A stretch of 64,000 nt of DNA, from NCBI GenBank assembly GCA_902826215.1, contig CADEDY010000016.1:3109-67108 (forward strand), in the 5' to 3' direction. A program made the position numbers and the translations under genes. Source of the DNA: an uncultured Bacteroidota bacterium (lineage in GTDB: Bacteria; Bacteroidota; Bacteroidia; Flavobacteriales_F; PHOS-HE28). The notes beneath the pieces were generated by a model. The model made no database searches, was not told the origin of the DNA, and saw nothing but the letters and a program-made list of their open reading frames with translations. This document shows positions 59,017-64,000 of the stretch, piece after piece (within the stretch, counting starts at the first letter, position 1; each line of letters starts with the position of its first letter).

Positions 59017-59412
59017 ATGCGGAAGATCGCTGGCCTTTCCCTTCTCGTTTCCCTTCTCACAAGTTGCGGGCCTGTTGACCACAGGTGTGCTGAGGATGGA
59101 AAGCGGATCGCCGAACTGGACAGTGCTTATGTCATGGGTCTGCGACGAGGCGGGGAACAGATGGACCCAATGCATCTCGGTGAGCAGAAATACGATCTCA
59201 TGACCGTGCGTATGATGGCCGACCAAGAACACGTGCCTGTTGCCGATATCGCACTGGGCTATCAGGAACGATTGTTCTGCAGCGAAGACTGCGCGAGTTC
59301 AACTTTGGCCCAATTGAACAGTAAAGTGGACAGCTTGGTGAACCATAGAAGGCAGTTGCACATCTTGGACTCGCTTGTCATGGACAGCATACATCGGGGG
59401 TTGATCAGGTAG
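59017..59412 (+). CDS. Hypothetical small lipoprotein
   Basis: MRKIAGLSLLVSLLTSCG lipobox. 131 aa. Lies on the low-GC islet. Confidence 0.5.
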   Translation: MRKIAGLSLLVSLLTSCGPVDHRCAEDGKRIAELDSAYVMGLRRGGEQMDPMHLGEQKYDLMTVRMMADQEHVPVADIALGYQERLFCSEDCASSTLAQLNSKVDSLVNHRRQLHILDSLVMDSIHRGLIR

Positions 59413-59432
59413 CAGCGGAATTGAACTGATCC

Positions 59433-60356
59433 ATGGATTCCAATCCCGCCATCCTCTTCTGCAAGAACCCTGTTGATCCCAGCACGGTGGATCCGGATTT
59501 CGCGGCTGAGATGAATGCAGCAACGCAGGCTGGGTTCTCGACCGTACTCCTCGACTACGAAAGCCTCACCACAACGGACGATCCCGATCGTGCGCTGCGA
59601 AGTGTAAAGCAAGCAGCGCAGCGTACCAGGCTGATCTATCGAGGCTGGATGCTAACTCCACAGGAGTATACGAGGTTGTTCGTAGCCCTTGGAGCGAAGG
59701 GCTACGACCTGGTGAATAGCCCCACAGAGTACCAGAACTGCCACTATCTGCCCGATAGTTTGAAGTACATCAAGACCAGAACACCACGGGCCGTTTTCGC
59801 TCCCATCAACGACCAAAGCGATATTGAAAGCTTGGTGCAGATGGCCCATGTGTTCGGGAACTCGCCGGTCGTTATCAAGGATTACGTGAAGTCCGAAAAG
59901 CACGATTGGGAGCAGGCATGCTACGTTGCGAATGCCTTCGACAGTGTTTCACTAGAACGATCCATCGGCAACCTTTTGAAGCTTCGCGACAAGTACTTGA
60001 ACGTGGGTGTTGTGGTCCGTGAATTCGTGGAGTTGAACCTGTTGACCAACCATTCGAAAAGCGGGATGCCGTTGGCGGAGGAGTACCGGCTGTTCTTCTT
60101 CAACAACGAATTGCTATCCGCAGCTGCCTATTGGGAAGAGGGAACTTATGCGACCACACCAGTTGACACGAAGGAATTCGAGGCCGTCGCACGAACGGTC
60201 GAGAGCAACTTCTTCTGCATGGACATCGCTCGTAAGAAGAATGGTGAGCTCATCATCATCGAGCTTGGCGACGGACAAGTGGCAGGGTTACCAGAGCGGA
60301 TGGAGTGCCTCGAGTTCTATCGAACATTGTGGGCTAGGTACAAAGTCAGCTCGTAG
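59433..60356 (+). CDS. ATP-grasp fold protein (possibly R2K-clade / DUF4343-like)
   Basis: 307 aa. ATP-grasp-like segments VVIKDYVKSEKHDWEQACYV, VVVREFVEL and the C-terminal ELIIIELGDGQVAGLP resemble the Mg/ATP-binding strands of ATP-grasp enzymes. Assignment by eye; needs HMM confirmation. Confidence 0.55.
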   Translation: MDSNPAILFCKNPVDPSTVDPDFAAEMNAATQAGFSTVLLDYESLTTTDDPDRALRSVKQAAQRTRLIYRGWMLTPQEYTRLFVALGAKGYDLVNSPTEYQNCHYLPDSLKYIKTRTPRAVFAPINDQSDIESLVQMAHVFGNSPVVIKDYVKSEKHDWEQACYVANAFDSVSLERSIGNLLKLRDKYLNVGVVVREFVELNLLTNHSKSGMPLAEEYRLFFFNNELLSAAAYWEEGTYATTPVDTKEFEAVARTVESNFFCMDIARKKNGELIIIELGDGQVAGLPERMECLEFYRTLWARYKVSS

Positions 60357-60404
60357 TTCCAGACTATGTTGGAAACTGGGCAGAATAGAATTAACCACCA
60401 TACA

Positions 60405-61010
60405 ATGAAATACCAGATCCGTGCTCGGTTTACGGACACCACTATACGTGTATATCAGGCGTACAGTCCTGCCATTGCTAGACCTGCACTTGAGGCGGGC
60501 GAGTTCGTCGCGCCTTTCAAAATGGGGCGCATGACCTGGATCAAACCCTCATTCAATTGGATGATGTACCGATGCGGATACGGCCAGAAAGAAGGGCAAG
60601 AATTCGTTCTTGCCATCGACATTTCGCGAGAAGGTTTCGAGTGGGCATTGGCGAACGCTGTGCTTTCCCATCCCCTGCCTGGGCTATACCCATCGCACGA
60701 GGCATGGAAAACCGAATTGGTGAACAGTTCCGTTCGGGTGCAATGGGACCCAGAGCGCAATTGGGCGCTTCAAGAGATACCGAATATCCGCTCCATTCAG
60801 ATCGGCCTGTCCGGGGAAGCAGTGGAACGCTATGTCAATGAATGGATCACAGGCATCACCGATGTATCCGCCATAGCTGCTCAACAGGCGGAATCACCTT
60901 CGGTCATGATCAACGAACATCCTCAAACCCAAGAGCAGCCTTATCCATTGCCCATTTCGATCGCAGAGAAACTCATCCCCACCGGAGAGAGCGAGCAAGC
61001 CGGGTTGTAG
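60405..61010 (+). CDS. DUF4291-like protein (start at MKYQIRA; the ORF track begins at 60366)
   Basis: IRVYQAY...WIKPSFNWMMYRCGYGQKEGQEFVLAIDI segment matches my recollection of DUF4291. 202 aa. Lies 9 nt after the ATP-grasp gene (48 nt if the ATG 60405 start is used). Confidence 0.5.
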   Translation: MKYQIRARFTDTTIRVYQAYSPAIARPALEAGEFVAPFKMGRMTWIKPSFNWMMYRCGYGQKEGQEFVLAIDISREGFEWALANAVLSHPLPGLYPSHEAWKTELVNSSVRVQWDPERNWALQEIPNIRSIQIGLSGEAVERYVNEWITGITDVSAIAAQQAESPSVMINEHPQTQEQPYPLPISIAEKLIPTGESEQAGL

Positions 61011-61084
61011 TAGAGTCCCTTGACCAGCACAGGGTCTTCCATCTTCGTAGACCCCGCCCGCATTTTGACTTACCCCTCACGTCC

Positions 61085-61348
61085 ATGAAGATCACCCTCG
61101 ACATCCCCGACCATGACCCCGACCGTGGTTTGCAACACACCTGGGTCGACGGATTCACCATCCAAGTTTCAGTGGCGGATGGCGAAGTGCTGATCGAAGC
61201 GAACGATGCGGGCTTGATGTCGTTGGCGAACCACTTGGTGATGCTGGCACAGCAGGGCACACCGGATAGCAGCCACATCCATTTGGACGAGCACAATGCG
61301 TTGGAGGATGGGTCAACGGCACTCGTGATCGGGAAGTTGGCTGGGTAG
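61085..61348 (+). CDS. Hypothetical 87-aa protein (MKITLDIPDHD...); last ORF of the low-GC islet
   Basis: ORF with an ATG at 61085 inside the longer track ORF 60842-61348. The size and acidic character are reminiscent of small immunity-type proteins, but no family was recognised. Confidence 0.35.
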   Translation: MKITLDIPDHDPDRGLQHTWVDGFTIQVSVADGEVLIEANDAGLMSLANHLVMLAQQGTPDSSHIHLDEHNALEDGSTALVIGKLAG

Positions 61349-61425
61349 GCTCGGACCCACGGCGACCCGAAATGCACCACGCACCTTGTCGATGACTTGC
61401 TAACCGACCCTCTCAAGTGTTCAGG

Positions 61426-62232
61426 TCAGATGGGGCCGGGTGCAGGTGGAACGGGTTCGAGGAACGGATGCGCCGAGGGATCCTGCACGACAGCGTCCAA
61501 CCAGGCGCTGAATTGCGAGACGCGCACGAAGTGCTCCACGGCACCATAGCTGCACGGACCATCGTTACCCGGTTCGCCCATGGAACTGATACCGGCCAGG
61601 CGAAGGCTGCCATCGGTTCCGATCAGGGCTGGTCCACCGCTATCGCCCGGTCCGCTGGTACCTTCCTTATCCGTCGCATCCGGTCCGGGTGCGTCGTAGT
61701 CGAAGAGGAGGTGCGTGTCGTCCACCGCATCCACCACATTGGTGTAGGTGCGCAACTTCCCGTCGCGCAACCAGGTACCGTCCGGGTTGCGGCGGTCGCC
61801 GTGGCCGGCAAGAATGATCATGCGGCCCAACTCGTCGTTCCCTGTGTAATACGGGACCGGTTCCACGTGTGGCACGCTCTCCTTCAACTGAAGGAGCGCG
61901 ATGTCGTACCGCCCCATCGGTGTGAACCGCGGATGCAGGTACACCTTGTCAACTGACCTGATCGTTCCGTCGTCGAAGTACACGTTGAGCGCGCCTTCAC
62001 TCCTCCGGTACAAGCCATAGGCGACATGCGCGGCGGTGAGCACCCATTGCGGGGCGATCAAGGTGCCATCGCCTCCCTGTTGCCCCACTTTGCACACGGC
62101 GTTGATGCTCGTTACACCATTCATCGGGTCGGTGTGCTGCGGGCGCTCGAAACCGATCTCCTTTCCACCACAACCGGACCGCATGGTGGTGATGACCACA
62201 CTGGCGAGTACGAAGGCGATCGGATTATTCAT
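61426..62232 (-). CDS. Secreted trypsin-like (S1 family) serine protease
   Basis: Signal peptide. Catalytic triad contexts TAAHV (His), DIALL (Asp) and GDSGGP (Ser). 268 aa. Confidence 0.8.
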   Translation of the reverse strand: MNNPIAFVLASVVITTMRSGCGGKEIGFERPQHTDPMNGVTSINAVCKVGQQGGDGTLIAPQWVLTAAHVAYGLYRRSEGALNVYFDDGTIRSVDKVYLHPRFTPMGRYDIALLQLKESVPHVEPVPYYTGNDELGRMIILAGHGDRRNPDGTWLRDGKLRTYTNVVDAVDDTHLLFDYDAPGPDATDKEGTSGPGDSGGPALIGTDGSLRLAGISSMGEPGNDGPCSYGAVEHFVRVSQFSAWLDAVVQDPSAHPFLEPVPPAPGPI

Positions 62233-62674
62233 CGCAATTGGAGATCAACTTGTCCAACGTCACTTTCAACGCAGCCACCTCTGTTGCGGAGACGCCTTTG
62301 AGAGCTTTGCTCCGGTAGTCCTTCACCACGGGTGCGAGCAGGGTGAGCTGCTTCGCGCCTTTGCGGGTCAGCGCCAAGCTGACACTGCGCCGGTCCTCCT
62401 GCGGGATCGTACGCGTGACCAATTGTGCTTCCACGAGCAGATCGATCATCCGAGCGATCGAGGCTTTGTCCTTGAAGACCATTTCGGCCACCGTGCCCTG
62501 CTGGATACCGGGTTCCGCCTCGATCGCATTCAACACCAGCCACTGGTCCACAGTAATGGACGAACCGGCAGCGACCAAACGGCGCTGCGCGAACTGACGG
62601 TACATCTTTATGGCGCGTTCGATCGTGTAGAAGGGGGTCTTGCCGATGTCGCTCATGACGGGATCACGATACAA
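62225..62674 (-). CDS. MarR family transcriptional regulator
   Basis: Winged-helix MarR pattern (ITVDQWLVLNAI...GTVAEM...DKASIARMIDLLVEAQLV.R..DRR). 8-nt overlap with the protease gene start. Confidence 0.75.
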   Translation of the reverse strand: MYRDPVMSDIGKTPFYTIERAIKMYRQFAQRRLVAAGSSITVDQWLVLNAIEAEPGIQQGTVAEMVFKDKASIARMIDLLVEAQLVTRTIPQEDRRSVSLALTRKGAKQLTLLAPVVKDYRSKALKGVSATEVAALKVTLDKLISNCDE

Positions 62675-62813
62675 TGATACAACAACTGTTGATGTATCAT
62701 CTATTAAAGAAGGTTAGAACGAGGAACGGTGACCTCTTCGCCCCTGTTCTGCATTCCACCTTTCTGAATGACAGGAATGATCCGATGTGTCGCGGACCTT
62801 CTCCTCGCCCGGC

Positions 62814-63749
62814 TCAATTATCCAGGATCAACCGATACCCCACGCCACGGATGTTGGCGATGCGCACCTTCGGGTCGGCTTCCAGCTTCTTGCGCAGTTT
62901 GGAGATGAAGACATCCAGGGTCCTACCGACGTAGTCGCTTTCGTTGCCCCACACTTCCTTCAGCATCACCTCCCGTGCGACCGTTTCATTCGCGCGGGCA
63001 TGGAGCAAGTCCAGCAGGTCGGCTTCTTTGCCGGAGAGTTCCACCTTTCGGTCCTGGATGCTCAATTCCAACTTGCCTTTGTCGAAGTGGAAGGCACCTA
63101 TCGGCACGCCGGAACCGTTGTCGGTGTAAACCGGAACAGCCTTCTTCCGGAAGACCGCGAACGCGAGGAGTGTGAGGAGCAGACCGAGACCGACAGCGAG
63201 GATCCATCCCTTGGGGCCTTGAAAGGTCGTGGGCACCGTGACCGGCATCCCAGCCAGTTGCTTCTCGGGTGCTGCGGCATCCAGTAGGGTGATGCGTAAG
63301 GCGTAGCACGCACGGGGCAACGCACGCGAAAGGCAGGGCATGATGGCGAGCGTATCGACGGCGCGGTGCTCGTAGCTGTGCACCACGTCGCGCGTTCCGC
63401 AGCGCTCCACCTCCACCACGTAATTCGCGGATAGCCGTGTCGCCTTCATCACACTGTCCACGGTGGCGGCCAACTTCTCGGGAACGAACCCGAATTCCGT
63501 ACCGAAGGAGACCAGGTAGGTATCAGCATCGCGCTCGACGGGAAGTACCAAGGACGTGGTATCGCCGACCGACAACAGCACCGCGTGCCCGATCATGCGC
63601 ACGCCGACATGCAGGTGTGGGGGACCCACTTCACTGCGCTGTGCACGCACCGGCGCGAGCAGCAACAAGGCCCCGAAGAAGCATAGAAAGGGCCGAGGAA
63701 GCCTGCCGAACATGCCCCGAAGGTATTGCGCTAAGACGTTGGTCCACAA
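62814..63749 (-). CDS. Membrane-anchored ToxR/CadC-like transcriptional regulator with C-terminal OmpR/PhoB-type winged-helix domain (trans_reg_C)
   Basis: C-terminal LSGKEADLLDLL...VWG...RTLDVFISKLRKKLE...IRGVGYRL is a trans_reg_C domain. One internal TM helix (WILAVGLGLLLTLLAFAVF). N-terminal signal and periplasmic region. Confidence 0.7.
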   Translation of the reverse strand: MWTNVLAQYLRGMFGRLPRPFLCFFGALLLLAPVRAQRSEVGPPHLHVGVRMIGHAVLLSVGDTTSLVLPVERDADTYLVSFGTEFGFVPEKLAATVDSVMKATRLSANYVVEVERCGTRDVVHSYEHRAVDTLAIMPCLSRALPRACYALRITLLDAAAPEKQLAGMPVTVPTTFQGPKGWILAVGLGLLLTLLAFAVFRKKAVPVYTDNGSGVPIGAFHFDKGKLELSIQDRKVELSGKEADLLDLLHARANETVAREVMLKEVWGNESDYVGRTLDVFISKLRKKLEADPKVRIANIRGVGYRLILDN

Positions 63750-63839
63750 TGATTCACAGAGGGTTTACACTATTTTACATTGCGTAGCACTCTTCGGCGT
63801 ACGATGGCCTCACCTTTAGCGTATCAAAGCAACAACGCC

Positions 63840-64000
63840 ATGAAACGCTCCCTCAAGATCCCCGTCCTTGCGCTCGTTCTGCTCACCGCGATCGTCTCGG
63901 TGGAATGCACGGTGGTCGACCCGCCGAAGAGGCTCGGGTGCCGCCCGGCTCCGGTACAGTCGTTCGATCCGCTGAGCCTTCCGCAAGATAGCATCTTGCG
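63840..64000 (+). CDS. Hypothetical secreted protein, N-terminal fragment (continues past the window end)
   Basis: MKRSLKIPVLALVLLTAIVSVEC signal/lipobox-like N-terminus. Open to the window end. Confidence 0.4.
   Translation, partial: MKRSLKIPVLALVLLTAIVSVECTVVDPPKRLGCRPAPVQSFDPLSLPQDSIL

Overview
This is a high-GC (about 65%) Bacteroidota-like chromosomal segment. It carries housekeeping genes (mutL, two rhomboid proteases, mtaB-like methylthiotransferase, lgt, purC, phoH, lolD-like ABC ATPase, pyrC, an inositol monophosphatase (suhB-like)) alongside clearly accessory content. The dominant feature is a 22.4-kb head-to-tail array of ten paralogous genes on the minus strand (10450-32853). Each encodes a 724-762 aa secreted protein. 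Each protein has a signal peptide, one N-terminal SprB-type repeat, a hypervariable Cys-containing beta-rich middle, an SdrD-B/Cna-B-like module, two DUF11-like modules containing the invariant motifs GSYDPNDK and FDFNPPVITEPSVLVAEFSTG, and a type-A T9SS C-terminal sorting domain. Several genes in the array overlap by ATGA, and two non-adjacent paralogs share a near-identical nucleotide tract consistent with gene conversion. The array looks like a diversifying T9SS-secreted adhesin/surface-protein family; I have no mechanism to offer for how the variation arises beyond recombination between paralogs. Other accessory signals are listed below.
- A roughly 3-kb delta-60/beta-propeller-repeat protein gene is inserted downstream of the lolD-like gene and is followed by a decayed second copy of the lolD 3' end.
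- Four periodic GACCCC-loop-GGGGTC hairpin repeats lie upstream of lolD.
- Three adjacent secreted paralogs contain four homologous domains between them.
- A dense direct/inverted repeat cluster lies upstream of a BatA-domain gene.
- A low-GC (about 50-52%) 3.3-kb islet between pyrC and an S1 protease carries an ATP-grasp/DUF4291-like gene pair plus small secreted or membrane proteins of unknown function.
I recognised no tRNA, rRNA, CRISPR array, transposase or integrase. All domain assignments come from reading motifs in the translated sequence by eye and need HMM confirmation.
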